From Camelus dromedarius (Eukaryota), in NCBI RefSeq assembly GCF_036321535.1, contig NC_087449.1:11470001-11534000 (forward strand): a stretch of 64,000 nt of DNA, read 5' to 3'. Below, piece after piece: positions 24,240-37,879 of this stretch (position 1 is its first letter; each line of letters starts with the position of its first letter). Made by a program: the position numbers and the translations under genes. The notes under the pieces were generated by a model, which had not been told where the DNA came from, made no database searches, and worked only from the letters and a program-made list of their open reading frames with translations.

Positions 24240-25020
24240 CTTTTCTTCCAGTTTATGCCTTGTGATTGAGACATTTAACCATTTACACTTAAATTACTCA
24301 TAGAGAAGCACTTACTTTTGCCTTTCTATTATTTGTATGTGTTATAGCTTTTTGTCGATCTTTCCTCCATTACTTTCATCCTTTGAGTTTTGTTGATTTT
24401 ATGTAGTGACACGTATTGATTCCCTTTTTCCTTTGCCATATTTTCTAGAGATATATAATTTGTGATTGCCGTGGGGATCACATATAATATCACATATAAT
24501 ATCCTAAAGTTATGATAATCTATTTTAAATTGATACCAATTTCATTTCAATCCCCTGCAAAATCTCTGCTCCTTTACAGTTCCACTTCCACTACTACATC
24601 TTTATGTTATTGATGTTCCAAATTACATCTTTATATATTGTAGACCCATTAACATAGAATAATAATTATCTTTATGCATGTATCTTTAAAATCCTGTATC
24701 AAATAAAAGTGGATTTACAAACCATACTATTTTTTTATACTTGTCCACCTTTACTGGAGAACTTTATATTTTCACATAACTTCAAGTTACTGTCTAGTAT
24801 CGTTTTATTTCAACTTGAAGGACTTTGTTTAAAATTTCATATAGATCTAGGGAACTCCCTCAGCTTTCGTTTGGGAATATCTTGATTTCTTCCATATTTT
24901 TAAAGAAGAACTTTGTTAAATATAAAATTGGTTGTTAGTTATTTTTTTCCTTTCAACACTTTAACTGCACCATCTCTTTGTCTTCTAGCCTGCATGATTT
25001 CTACTTAAAAATCTGCTGAT
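24240..25020 (-). mobile_element. Old L1M internal fragment
   Basis: ttgagacatttaaccatttacactt..., ggaactccctcagctttcgtttgggaatatcttgatttcttcc...atataaaattggttgttag resemble antisense L1M upstream sequence. Confidence 0.7.
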
Positions 25021-25399
25021 TGAGGGTTTTATATTAACACTCAATACCAATAGACAATTGGAGTGCCTTGCAATTTTAGTCAATCCCTGGCTATTATTTC
25101 TACTGCCTTTCTATAAATTATATAAGTGGGAGACCAGCTAGATTTTAGTCTCAAGTTACCTCATTGCCCAGAAGACTTCTAAAGAAAACAAGAATCAACT
25201 GCAAACTGTTTATAAGGGACCTGAGATTTCCTCAATAAGATTTTATACATTGTTTTCCTTTTTAACTTTCAGATTTACTTGCTTTTTTTCTATTTGCCTC
25301 ATAAGCAGCAAGAGACTTTATCATCGTTCTTGAATTCAATCTGAAACTATTCATATTTTGACAGAGTAACTTACCAATTCAAATTATTAATATGAATAC

Positions 25400-25620
25400 C
25401 TAATATTTATTGAAGTCTGACTATATTCCAGGCATGGTTTTAAGTACTTTACATGTATTAGCTCATTTGATCTTTGCCATAACCCTTTGATGGTAACATT
25501 ATATTTCTTATATTAAATATGAGAAACTGAAACTGAGACATATTAAACAACCTTTCAAAGGTCACTAGGTAGAAAGAGGTCAATCCAGGATCCAAAGCCA
25601 CTCAGTCTGACTCAGACCTG
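25400..25620 (-). mobile_element. MIR SINE
   Basis: atatgagaaactgaaactgagacatattaaacaacctttcaaaggtcactagg is the MIR core. Confidence 0.8.
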
Positions 25621-26399
25621 TGTAATCCTCCATCCTGTCATCCTGATTCTAGAAGCTGTAAGTGATGTGTAAAACTTCAGACTACACACACATAATATAC
25701 ATCACAAACACAAATAAGTATATCAATTATAGAATCATAAAACATAACTGAAGTTTATGTTGTTATCCTGTTTATGTTTTATGATTTCATATCGCCTTTT
25801 ATTTTACTGTTTTAGGAATTTTATCACGTGGTTTTTGCAGGAAATTTTAGTTTCAGACAGGATCTTGTCTGCACGTTAGTAACCGAATCATCCTAAAATT
25901 TTCCCGCTGAAAAGAAGAGAGAATCCAATTCAAACCAGCTTTTATAATAAAGGGGATTCATCAGCTGATGTAACTGAAAAGTACAGTCACAGGTCAGATT
26001 TCAGGCGTGCCCCACCGTGGTTCTGGCTTTTGTTTCCAGAGATTCTCTCAGGTCTTTCTCCATGTTTTAGTGTTGTGTACAGATTGGCTTTTCTCAAGGC
26101 CACAGAAAGGCTTCCAAGAGCAGTCGTATCTTCACGTTTCCTCTCACAGAGAGTGATGGAACGCATCACTTTTGGTAACAATAGAACAAAACTCATACAT
26201 ATTTCTCTAATTGAGGCATCACTTTAACTGATTGACTTGGGGAAGGAGGGCTACCTGCAACAATCACTGTTGTAAAATGGAACAGGTTATATTAATTAGT
26301 TGTAAATGAATCAGAGCCCAGCCTGAAAGAGGGCTGGGATGACTTCCAGCCCAAACTTATGGCCTCTACATAATTGGGGAGGGCAGAAATGTTGTCAGG

Positions 26400-26560
26400 G
26401 AGAAACTGTAATTCCAGCACCTAGCTCTGTGACTTCCAGTCTTAGTTTTTTCACCTGTAAAGTGAAAATAACCATAGACCTTATCTAAATTGGTTGTTTT
26501 GAGAAGTAGCTAATATATATAAAGCTCTTACAATGGCTTTGCACATCATACTATTGAAAG
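26400..26560 (+). mobile_element. MIR SINE
   Basis: ctagctctgtgacttccagtcttagtttttcacctgtaaagtgaaaataacc. Confidence 0.65.
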
Positions 26561-27474
26561 AAATGATACTGTGAGAATGATTATCAATAATATTCCTAGT
26601 TTATGTTTTTTAAAAAAAAATTCACCAGTGTTTATATCATGCTTTTATTGTAACACCAGTCTTTCTAGATTCAACTTTCCAAAAGTCATAATTACACATT
26701 TATCTCCTCGTAATTATGCATTTACCTAAGTCAATGCTGAATGTTACCATTGGTTCCCATTTTATAAGATAAGTAATTTAAGTCACTTCTTCTTCTTCAA
26801 CCTCCACAATTCATATCTCTGTTTTCAAAATAATCTGGAATTAATATCCAGATGTTACTATTAAATTTTCATCTTTTAAATTATATAAATTTTCTTTGAA
26901 GAATACTTTAAAAAATTTGCATTCACTCATGCAACACAATTAAAACATATATTTTAAAATGTTGACCTTTAAATATTAAGCCCTAAATTCTTCTTTGCAT
27001 TTGACCCGAAGCCCTGTCCAGGCCCTATTCCCTTCAATGGTTATTCCAAGTATTCCCTTTTTTTTTTTTTTTTTTTTTTTTACTATAACTCTCTATAGTT
27101 AGAACATCTTTGTGTTCAATCTTCTTCTCAGCAGTTGACCTTATACTTCCTGAATCACTGAGAAAATTGGAGTGGGAAGAAAAAGTATCTAAACTCCTTC
27201 TCTCCAACCCCAACAATCCTTTTGTATATACCTTTTTAATTCTTTTTTGTCTGGGGGAAAAAAAGCCTCTCCTCCTATCCAAGATTAATTAATTGTTTTT
27301 CCTCTAAATGCAACTCTTCTCCCCTCTTCAGGGATGTTTCTGTATTAATCATAACATTTCCCAAGACACTTGCCATCTCCTTCTGTAATGCAGCATATAA
27401 ATATGTCCAAGTGTCTCTCATATTAAAAACAAAAATTATCCTCAGAATCAAACAGTCAAGTAAATGAATGGCAG

Positions 27475-27870
27475 ATAGTAGAATCCAGGTTTCTCACTGT
27501 TAGAGTGGGCGGTTAGAGATAAGCTAGGAGAGGAGGACAGAAAGATACACTCGGTAATGAATTCAAGTGGGAGAAATCAGTATAACGTGTGTAGTTTAAT
27601 GCAGATACAGATGATATTCTATAGAAATACTTACAGATGTGTGTAGATACATTATCAACATGTGCACATACACTTCCTTGCTTTACCCGCTGAGAGGACC
27701 TAGAAGCAAAGACACATCAGCAGCATCAGCACATGTAGTGCCCAGATCTTGGTTTCTAATACCAGTCTTCAATAAAGGGAGCCAAGTTGCCTGGAAAGAC
27801 GGCTTACTGTCTAAGGAGGGCGGGAAATATGAGTCTGGAATCTTATATGTCAAAGACGTAAGTAGGTACT
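27475..27870 (+). mobile_element. L1MC/MD-type 3' UTR fragment
   Basis: cgctgagaggacctagaagcaaagacac...gcccagatcttggtttctaataccagtcttcaataaagggagcc matches recalled L1MD 3' UTR. Confidence 0.8.
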
Positions 27871-29719
27871 AACACACACACACACATATGGTGAGAGCAG
27901 ACATATAAGCAATATTTGTATAGTCAAAAGATGTCTAAACAGAAATGATTTTGCTATGATGTTGTCCTTGATTTCTGTAAAATAAAATAATCCATTTTAT
28001 TCTTTCATGAAATGTAGTATTCAGGCCTAAATTCTTTATGACTTCTACAACTCTAAAATCTGTCAATCTATGAATCTAAAAGATTTCAGCCACCTTTAAT
28101 TCCTTTAGCTACAGTTTAGTGACTATCCAAGCCAAAATATTTGATTTCCATCTATTTACCATTGTACTGACGACACAAAAAAGACTGGTGATTCCAGGAA
28201 TATTCTTAGAACAGCATATGAAGTACCATTCACTGTGAGTACTAAGCCTTTCAGAGCCAACGTGGAAAATGGAAACACAATCAGTGTCCTGCCTCATAGT
28301 TTTCATAAGATAAAAATAAAAATGGTTATTCAAGAAAAGCATAATTCTTACTGAAATTCTTACTGAAATCAGAGTTAATTTTATTCAATGCCTACTTCTG
28401 AAGATAGACAAGTAGAGAGACATGGGGTCATTTAATTCATAGACCATTTAAATATATAACAACACGAAGTAGTCTGGTGGCACCCAATTAAACAACAAAC
28501 AAGTACAAACAAATGATAGTATTGTGAGTGAGTTCAAAATTGCACTTTTAATGTATGGAATTTTTTAAATCCCATTTTTTTACCTATAAAGTGGAAAAAA
28601 GAATTGGCCCTTATTTCTACTTTCATGAAGGGAAATAAATAACACAAAAGTGTGTTTAGAGTAGTGCCTAACACATAGTGTTTAACATACATTAGCTCGT
28701 ACTTGTATTTGTTCTGTCAGAATAAATGCCTAGATTTCTGATGATTTGACTTAATACCAAAGTAGATTTTTTTAAATGCCTGGAACCATATTTACAATAT
28801 CTAGAAATAATTTCTTTATTTTGCCGGTTGCTAATTCTCAGTGCATTTAGTGTGCTCATGTGCTGTTAGATCTCCAAGAGAAAATGTGGTATAGACGTAT
28901 GTGCACATTTCCTACATGTATCTGTTCAAAAGACTGTTCAGTAGTTTTATTCAGAGGATCTAAAGGCCAGAGTTCTTAGAATACGTTTAGGACATTCTCA
29001 CTAGAGAAATGGATACATATCATATTCTTCATAAAATCTATCCGAGATTTTGGTTCTCTCAGACAGTTTTTTTTAAAACTGAGTTGCAGTGAATTCAAGA
29101 TCATATTTCATTTAAGTGTTTGGAATTCACATAGCATCTGAGCAGAGAACAGTGTGCTTTATTAATCTGTATAATTTTAGGTAAGATTACTGTTCTTTTG
29201 TGAAAAAGCCTTAATAAGCTACCTCACCTCTGCTAAAAAGATAACCAAGATGGTATTCATAAGCAGGGCTAGAACTTGCCTCATAATGTAATTTAGATTT
29301 TACCCAACAAGAGAAAAAAAAAAAAAACTAAATGGCAAAAGGTCCACATTAAGAAGAGGAGAAAATTAAGGAAGAAGTAAGGCTGAGACATCAGGTATCA
29401 TTAAACCTGGAGGGCAAAGAATTGGTAGAAAACTTATCTTGTATCAGTTTTATGGCTTATCATAACTTGGATTATAAAACTGACCAAAAAAGTCTTAATG
29501 TTTTTCTTCTTCTTTAGTTTTTACAAATTTGGGGTGCCTTCATTGCCAGAGTCCCATGTGCTACTGGTGTTTTTGTGATTGCATCACTGCTTAGGTTTAA
29601 TTCACATTATTAAAAAATTTTTTTTTTAATTGGAAAAATCCCTTGTTTTTAGACCAGTTCCTCCTGAGTGGCTAAATCATATAAAGTAGTTGAAGCAGCA
29701 AATAGGTAATGGATTAAAG

Positions 29720-29970
29720 CAGTGGTGCTCAAACTCCTGTGATACACTACTCAAAGGATGGCCATGGCCCCATCTGGAAGCCTATTAGAAATGCTGAATC
29801 TTTGGCCTCATCCTAGAAAACTTGAGTCACAGTCTACATTTAACAAGCTATCCAGGAGATTTGTAGGTGCATTAATGTCTGAGAGGCAACACTTTTCAGA
29901 TTCTTGGGTTGCCTACCCAGAGATTCTGTTTCAACAAGTCCCCAGCAAGTGTCCAGGAATTTGCAACTGA
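29720..29970 (+). mobile_element. MER5A/MER5B (hAT-Charlie MITE) fragments
   Basis: cagtggtgctcaaac...ttagaaatgctgaatctttggcctcatcctaga...tttaacaagctatccaggagatt, followed by gcctacccagagattctgtttcaa. Confidence 0.8.
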
Positions 29971-30639
29971 ACAGTCGCCCTAGTTGATTAAGACGCTGGG
30001 GTCCTGAGAAACATTTTCACAAACATGAGCTTATTGTGAGGGTCATCCTCGGTGTGTTCAAATAAATTTTTTTTATGTACGAGATTCTAGGAACTGAGCT
30101 TTTTAAGCTAAACGAATGCATCTTGGATGATAATCTACATGGTATTTCCAGAGCTGGAGAAATGTTTTTAGCTGAAACTGCTTTTCTGATGTCCCGCTGC
30201 ACTTCCTATACTGAAAGTCCACTCAGGAAAGATAGGCAAGATAGGCTGAGCCTTAGAAAATGCACCATCTACTTTGATGGACTCTCTTAGGTTCATTTTG
30301 TTCAGTGAAAAGGAAGGCTCATGGGCAAAAAAGGAGAGAAGCTTGAAAAAAACAGTCAGTTAAATAAGGATCTCATTTTTAGGTTTATCTCTGTATCTCA
30401 TTTGATACTTTGCCTGCTTTCCTTCTCTTCTTAGCCAATCTATGACGGACCCAGAAAAGTTTGTTTTGCTGTTTTGAATTAGAAGCACCCGATTTGGTAC
30501 TTTTCTTATCGTAAACAAACTGTGCAGTCGTGAGAGTAACACAGAGGTGAGGGAGCAAAATTCCCCCAAAGTGCTGTAAAAATGTGATACTAATAATTCC
30601 CAGTCCCAACCCCACCCCAAAGCAAATTAAAACTGCAAC

Positions 30640-30960
30640 GTTCATTCACTTCTGGCAGGAACATAAATTGGTACAACCTTTCTGGAAAGCAATTTGGCAT
30701 TATGTTTCAAAAATCTTTAAAATGTTCATACTCCTTAAACCAGCAATTCCCTCGCAAGCAATTTTTCCTAGGTGATGGGAGCAAAGATTTATGTACAAAG
30801 ACCTTCATGGCTATGTTATTTGTAGGAACAAAAACTGGGACATCATCTTACATTCAGTAATAGAGGAGTGGTTCAATATTGTGGTGGATATGTGAGAGGG
30901 GCATGGCCAATTATGTAAATTGATTTAAGAAAATCTATGACAGACATGGTAATTACCAAG
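30640..30960 (+). mobile_element. L1ME-type ORF2 3' fragment
   Basis: aaattggtacaacctttctggaaagcaatttggca...cagcaattcc, translating to KLVQPFWKAIW...KPAIP. Confidence 0.85.
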
Positions 30961-31544
30961 TGAAAAGCCGGACCAGTGTCTGCTCAAAATGGGAGAATAA
31001 AAGCTTACATGGATATGAGATGGATAGGTAGATTATGGGAGTGGCAAGGACACAGGGTCTAGGTCAAAAAGAATTATATTCTAGTCTAGGCTCCAGGATA
31101 AACAAACTAGGGGACTAAATCTACTTAACTCTGAGGTCCAATTTTCTACCTGAATAATGGGAATGTATCATGGTCCTACCTGACATGGTTTGTGATTTTA
31201 TGTGTCTGTGACTATCTGAGTTTCTATATATGAAAGTTCACTTTAACTACAGTGTTATGCAAATGTGTTAGCTATGTGATAATGACGATGAAGATCCAGA
31301 GCCCAGAGGAAAAGCTCTAGGTTGGGGGAGTTTGTAGGATATGCGAGTTCTGCAAGTGATATTGGAAAAACAGTAAAAAACATAGAGACGGTTTTTATTA
31401 CAATATTCCCACACTTATCAAGGCCACTGATGGCAGAAAGAAACTTGTCCCCAAATATGGTATATATTTGTTCAGAGCAAACTAATGCTTAGTTCCTTCA
31501 TGCTTGATCTGTGTTCTTCTGGTATAATTGATTCCAATTGCAGC

Positions 31545-31765
31545 ACTTGGAGTGGAGGTGTGATTTTAATGTCATCACAAATCACACACACACAGACACA
31601 CACACACACAGTAAAGTACATGAGGTGTTAGATGTGTTAAGTAACTTTATTATGGTAATAAATTTGCAATATACATGTATATCAAATCATCACATTGTAT
31701 ACCTTAAACTTACACAATGTTATTACATCAATTATATCCAGTACAGTTAAAAAAAAAAAAAAAAG
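31545..31765 (+). mobile_element. L1MA/MB 3' end with (CA)n and poly(A)
   Basis: aatatacatgtatatcaaatcatcacattgtataccttaaacttacacaatgttattacatcaattatatcc followed by an A16 run. Confidence 0.88.
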
Positions 31766-31849
31766 GAAAATATAGGACACATTACCAACCCCAGAAAATA
31801 GATTACAGTCATTCTCATGTTCAGGCTATAGAAAGAAGAAGAGCTATTA

Positions 31850-32118
31850 AGTTTTCTACCACCAGGCTTTACCACTGAAGCACATGCTTAGAGGTGCCTT
31901 CAGCCACTTTGCTTTCATGTGGCCCCCAGACATAAAACCAACATGGCAGAGAACTGAGCCAAAAGATGGAGGGAAATGGGTTCTTGTGCTTTATTTGAAT
32001 TAAACTTTTCTCTGCATTAAACCTTCTTTATTATTTGAGTAAGCTAATAAGAATGTTCCAATTATTAGGCAATTTAAGGTTGTTTTCTACACCCAGCCAA
32101 AAGAGTCCTAACTGACAA
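31850..32118 (+). mobile_element. MLT1 (K/L-type) LTR 3' part
   Basis: cagagaactgagccaaaagatggag...gggttcttgtg...ccaaaagagtcctaactgaca. Confidence 0.7.
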
Positions 32119-33029
32119 TGTATAATATATAAATAGTAGTAATAATACAATGTTTTCGTTCCACAGAAGTTTAAATGGATATCCAAAAATACAATATCTG
32201 TTAACATAGTGGATGATTTGAGATATAATTTATGTGACATAGAAAATATAAATCTATCAGGAAACGCTTCCTAGAAATAAATATCCAGAAGAAATTCACT
32301 ATAGTGCCACATGACAGATCATAAAATGACTGAATATACTAATTTTGTTTATACTTACAGAAGGTATAAAATTTCTCAGAATGAGTTAAAGAAAATAAAA
32401 GATGACAGGGGATGAATTTAGTGTATTATAAGCCACTTGGGAACCTGTGTTGTCTAGTGGGAAGGCTTACAACTCTTGTTGCATTTGAATCAACATCTCT
32501 GAACTTCTGTTTCTCTATTGGACATCAGGTGATAAAGTTGTTGGTGTTTGAGTTTGTCCTCACAGGGCAATACCGACTGTATATATGGCAGCCCCTACTA
32601 CTAGGAACTCAGTAAGTTTTCATCTCCTCCTCCATTCCCCACAGCATTATAAACACATGATACTCCTACAGCTGGATGAAATCCTCAAACTCATTCACTC
32701 TTCTATTAATTCTGTATCTTCTCCCAATGCAGCACTTAGACAATATTCCAAAATGGTAGAAATTTCAATATATGCATGTGAAAATGTTTTAAATTTGAAA
32801 TTTCCTAAAATTGTATTGACAGCTTAGATAAAACTAGTAAAATTAGAAGTGTTTGCTTTTTCATGGCTAAGTATGGATTAAGCTGTTTGAAATCAAGAAT
32901 GCGTATGTCTCCAGAGGAAGCAACTTGCTAGCAGGGTACTCAAGATTCTGACAGCAGGAGGAAGGCTGTGAAACCCTACGAGTGATCTGGAGGGTGTAGT
33001 AGGTAGGAAGGTGTTACATTTCTGCTGAT

Positions 33030-33430
33030 CACCAAAAAATTATTTAGCTTAGTGAAAGAACATGCAGGATTATGAGGAAATCCAGAAGGATCTAATTAGA
33101 CTGGGTGATTGGGCAACGTGATGACAGATTAAATTTAGTGCAGATAAGTGCAAGGTAATGCATATCAGGAAACATAATTTAAACTCTCCATGCGCACTGA
33201 TGGTTTCTGAATTAGCCTGAACCTCTTAGGGAAAGCGTTTAGAAGTCATTATGGGTAGTTCAGTGAGAAAGCTGCTCAGTGTACAAGAGCATTTAAAGAA
33301 GCCAATAGAAGACTTGCAGGTATTAATTTGAGTGTGTGGAATAATATGAAAAGTATTAACATGAAACTACATAAATCAATGGGATTCTCACACTGGGCTA
33401 TGCTTGTTTTAGGTACTTTATCAGAAAACA
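33030..33430 (+). mobile_element. CR1/L3 LINE relic (RT C-terminal region)
   Basis: From about 33077 it translates EIQKDLIRLGDWAT**QIKFSADKCKVMHIRKHN, matching the CR1 motif LQxDLxxLxxWAxxWQMxFNxxKCKVMHIG. Downstream gccaataga...gtattaat matches the ANRxLGxI segment. Confidence 0.85.
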
Positions 33431-34119
33431 CTGAGGGATAATTGGCAATGTGTTCACCTGTTAAATTAAAAGTGGACAGATAGATTACATATTTGTTTAG
33501 GAATACAACTGCAGCAAGACACATATAATGGGCTCAAAACTAATGAGTGGTTCAGCAGAGATCTTCTTTGAACACTCCTTTGCAATGAGTACTAAAATAT
33601 GAGGATAAGATGACATTGGAGGAACTAAAATTTACATTTTAACAGAATACCTTTAGTATGACTCAAAATCAATCTGTAATTCACTAGTAAAGTCAATCGT
33701 TGAGGCAAATAGCTCAGCAAGATTCACAGGGATTAGATATTTACATGACTATGAATAACATTTGCAGCTACCCTGGCTACACCTGATTCAGATGCCACAG
33801 CATATATCAATCCTTTTGCTCCAGGGTGCACAGAAATCATCTAAGAGGCTCAGGGAAGATTTGCTTTCCTTAGTTTGATAATGTACTTCATAAATGACAG
33901 GAAAAACAGAGTAACAACTGGTCATTGTTCTTTATTTTAAAGAAAATTATTTTAGTGTCATTCTATATGACTTTTTTATATTTCAAAAAATAACTCTGCA
34001 TAGTGATTTATATTATAAGGCATAATATTGTTGATGCAGGTATTCCTCAATTAGTTATAGGGATCAGAGAAAAATAATTTTAAAATAACTATGTATATAT
34101 GAATGTTAAAATTGTATTA

Positions 34120-34520
34120 ATATTATAGTTATGGTTAACTCATTTAATAAATGTGTATTAAGCATTTACTTTGTTCCAAGAAGCACAGAAGTCACTAAAT
34201 ACACAGAATAAACAGGACCCCAGACCCTACAAACCATTAAGCGGAATATAAGCAGGACATTAAAATAGGTGCTTGCTTATATTATAGGTACAATGTAAAA
34301 ATATTTACAGAGCTTGAACTTAACAAGTGAACTAGTCAAACTTACCTTCAAAGAGGGCATTAGAAGATTTCAAAGAAAAAATGTGTCAGATGAAAGTTGA
34401 AAGAGAGTTTTTTGTCAAGAGAGAGACAGAAAGGTATTCAGGTCAGGGAAAGTAGTCTGAGAAAAAAACACAGAAACCAGGTGTGGCAGGTGTTGGAAAA
34501 CTTCAGACAACAGTAGATGT
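34120..34520 (-). mobile_element. L2 3' fragment
   Basis: catttaataaatgtgtattaagcatttactttgttccaag...ataaacaggaccccagaccc. Confidence 0.6.
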
Positions 34521-35032
34521 GTTCATACAATGTAAGACTTTAAACATTATGGTTATTTTCTTATAAAACCACTAATTTGGAAAGACGGGAGTCATATGAA
34601 ACCATTAAAAATCAACCATGTTAATTAAAACAATGTTAATGCCCCTGTTTTAAAAGTTTGTTGTTCTACCCTACAAAAAAAATTTTTTTTTTTTAAACAC
34701 CTTGGTTGAGAATGTATATTTCTTTGGCCCTTAGTCTAGGGTTAGCCTGGGAGTTAGTTTGGAGATAATTACTAAGATTTCCAAACTTAAATAATATTCA
34801 TCTGGGGAATGCTGTACCACAGACTGACTTTAGGAGTCAGCACATCCAGGGTGGGAGACCAGGATTTATAGCAGGTGTCAAGGAACTTCTCTCAGTGAAC
34901 ATCTTTGCAAATAACTCCTTTACTATTTACCAGAGTACTGTTTTCACATGGCCACATACTCTCTTCTAGAAGACCAGTAGAGACTGACATTAAACTCAAA
35001 AACTACACCACTTACTTTGGTAATCCATTCTT

Positions 35033-35093
35033 GAAAATCAAATGTAAAAAAAAAAAATAATAAAAAAAATAAAAATAGAAGAAAATCAAATGT
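35033..35093 (+). mobile_element. Poly(A)-only retroposed insertion with 13-bp TSD
   Basis: gaaaatcaaatgt (35033-35045), 35 nt of A-rich sequence, then gaaaatcaaatgt again (35081-35093), preceded by tt. Confidence 0.7.
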
Positions 35094-36049
35094 TCTGTGA
35101 AAATATGTTAGCAGGAAGGAAGTCAGTTTCCCTTTTTAAACTATTACTCTAATGCTCATGTCAATCACAAATCTACAGTTTTGTTCTTAAATATGAAAGT
35201 AATCCATCATATGATACCTATATATGTAAATACATCATAATATTCTAAAGTAAAATGCTTAGAACAACCACTTACTGATTATCAAACAAATGATACGGTT
35301 GTTAACAAATTATTTATTTTTATGCCCTGATATCTTTTTTCTATTATAATGACTTTCTTTATTCAGTTTGCTTCATTCTCCATTACTTTCTCCAATTGTT
35401 TTCCAGATATTTTGAACTCTTTGTACAAAATCAAAAAAAGTCAAGAGCTAAACATTAGACACTAAGAAGATGTTAAAGCTAATTAAAATAGGAGACTATG
35501 AAAGGCAGCCTGCAAAAATCAGCTCTGATACTAGGCAGAGGAAAAAAAAAAGGCAAAAATAAGTCTGAAAGTAAGTAAGTCCAAAAGCTGTCATGTCACC
35601 AAAAGGAAATTCAGTTTTTACCATGTCATTAAGAAAAGTCAGTTTAACTAATTGTTGTGAGACAATGGCTGACACTATACACCTCATAGTTTCAAACTTC
35701 ACTGACCCCCTTTGACATGTTTCTCGTCCCACATGTGTTCCTACCCAGAGACTTTCCTTTTTATCCCTTCTCCCTTGCAGAGTTCAGTCTCTAACAACTG
35801 CATGCATAGCAAAGTGCCTACCAATTTCTGGGACTGGTGTAAATAACTATAAGCAAATTATAATTCCCCACATAAAAAACATTCCATTAAATATCATCTT
35901 AATAATAATATTTTATTTCATAATATTTTAAAGACTTTTCATCTTTTTCTTATTTCTTTTTGTTCCTATTTTTGACAGGAAGTCCATCAGAATTCTTAAG
36001 AATGGTTTTTTCTTTTCTACCTCATATTCTATCTTCATCATATTCCAAT

Positions 36050-36960
36050 AAAACTTTCACTATTATCTTTCCAGTGATGTTGGTGAATTCACAATGAACT
36101 TATACTGACAAGTCCAAAATCATTTCTCTTCCCATCTATCAGGAGAACTTCTTAACAACATTTGAGCTGCTGGACCCCTCCCTTTCTCCCTTTACCTTAG
36201 CATTTTCTTTTCTTGATCTTAGTGACAACAAACTTTACTATCTCTCTAGTTCTTTCTTAAGCAACTCTGTTAACTCCTCCTCTGCCCAAACCTTAAATGT
36301 CGGACAATTTCTGGGCCAGATTCTTGGCTTTTTTCCCTTGTGTATTTGTTCGCTCTCTCATCTTCTCTCTCATGCACTCTGTAATTTTGTCAACTTTATG
36401 GCTTAAAATACCTGCTTTCAAATTACTATCTGAAACCTAGACTCTTCCTCAAAATCCAAACTCATATATTTAACCAGCCACCTAACATCTCTACTTGGTG
36501 GTCACAAATATAACTTGTTCTAAAATTGGCTTGTTCTAAAGAGAAGATTTTATTTCTCTAGCCCCAAAGCTACTTTGATTGTAGTCTTTTCCATCTCTTA
36601 CTCTCTTCATCTCAAAAAATCTACAACTCAACCATAATTCTTTGCTCTTTACCATCTACAACCAATCTATTCATATCACATTTTAGCTCCACTACCAAAG
36701 TATGTATAGAATATATGCATTTTCACCTTGTCCTTTGCTCGCAACCTCAGTCAAAGCGACCCTAATCTTGCATTTATATTAGTGCCATAGCCTATTAATC
36801 TATATTTCCATTCATGTCTCTTTACAGCCCATCCTGTACAAAGTAGCCAGAGTAATCATCTAAAAAGGTAACTAAGAGCATGTCATCCTCTTGCTTATCA
36901 TTTCCTATTGTACTAAGCACCAAAATCCAAACTTGTTATTATGCTCTGAAAACCATACAA
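36050..36960 (+). mobile_element. L2 ORF2/3' region
   Basis: aattactatctgaaacctagactcttcctcaaaatccaaactcatatatttaaccagccacctaacatctctacttgg and other C/T-rich L2 consensus blocks. Confidence 0.75.
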
Positions 36961-37879
36961 GATAATTAATAATCCTGTAGATGGTTTTGCCCTTGTCAGA
37001 TTTTTCTGGATATACTTGCTGGAATCAGTAAGTCACTAAATATATTTATCCATTCCATCTGAGTCAATTGACCTAAAGTCCCTTATTCTCTTAAATTCAA
37101 TAAAGTTTTAAAAAAGATAACTTCTTCAATATCCAACGCACTTTAAAGGTAAGCAATGCTGCCCTATATCTTCACTTTCTTGAAACAGAGACTAACAGTG
37201 GAACCCAAGCCAGCTCTCCATTAACAGAGCTGTGCCTTCACGAAGAGGAAAGAATTCAGTTTGCTGGCTTTCTAGCTATCCTTTTCAGCATCTGAATCAA
37301 TGATGCAATTCCAAAACTTCAGGCCCAAAAGCAATCTCACCATCAACCCCATATTAAAAGCCAAAGAAATATCAAATGGAGATAAGACTTACATGAAAGA
37401 TTGCCTGTAACTGTGGCCTGCTGCCACTTGGTAGGACAATCAACATGCATGGGGGATTAAGCTATATAAACTCAGTTGAATTGAATCAGCTGTCTTAATG
37501 GGCCAGAAAATCAACTAGTCTGAATGAAAAATCACTTGAAACGGTTGACTGGCACTAGTTGAAGAAGCAACTGAAATTTGTGGAATCCTTAAAATGCCCC
37601 AAACTAAAAAGGAAATATATTATATATATTTATATATATAAATATATAAATATATATATATATTTTTTAATCTGATTGCTTGACATAGTCTAGACATAAC
37701 CTCAGGACTCTAAACCCAAAAAAACCAATTGTACCTCTCCTAATCTCTGAAAATATCCTCTAAATTCTCAATGATATCCATCACCATGCAAACCAAGGGC
37801 ATATGAACCATTACTCTGAACTTACTCATATCTTTACTTCATGAATAACTCACTCAGTGGTCTTACATATTTTAAATAC

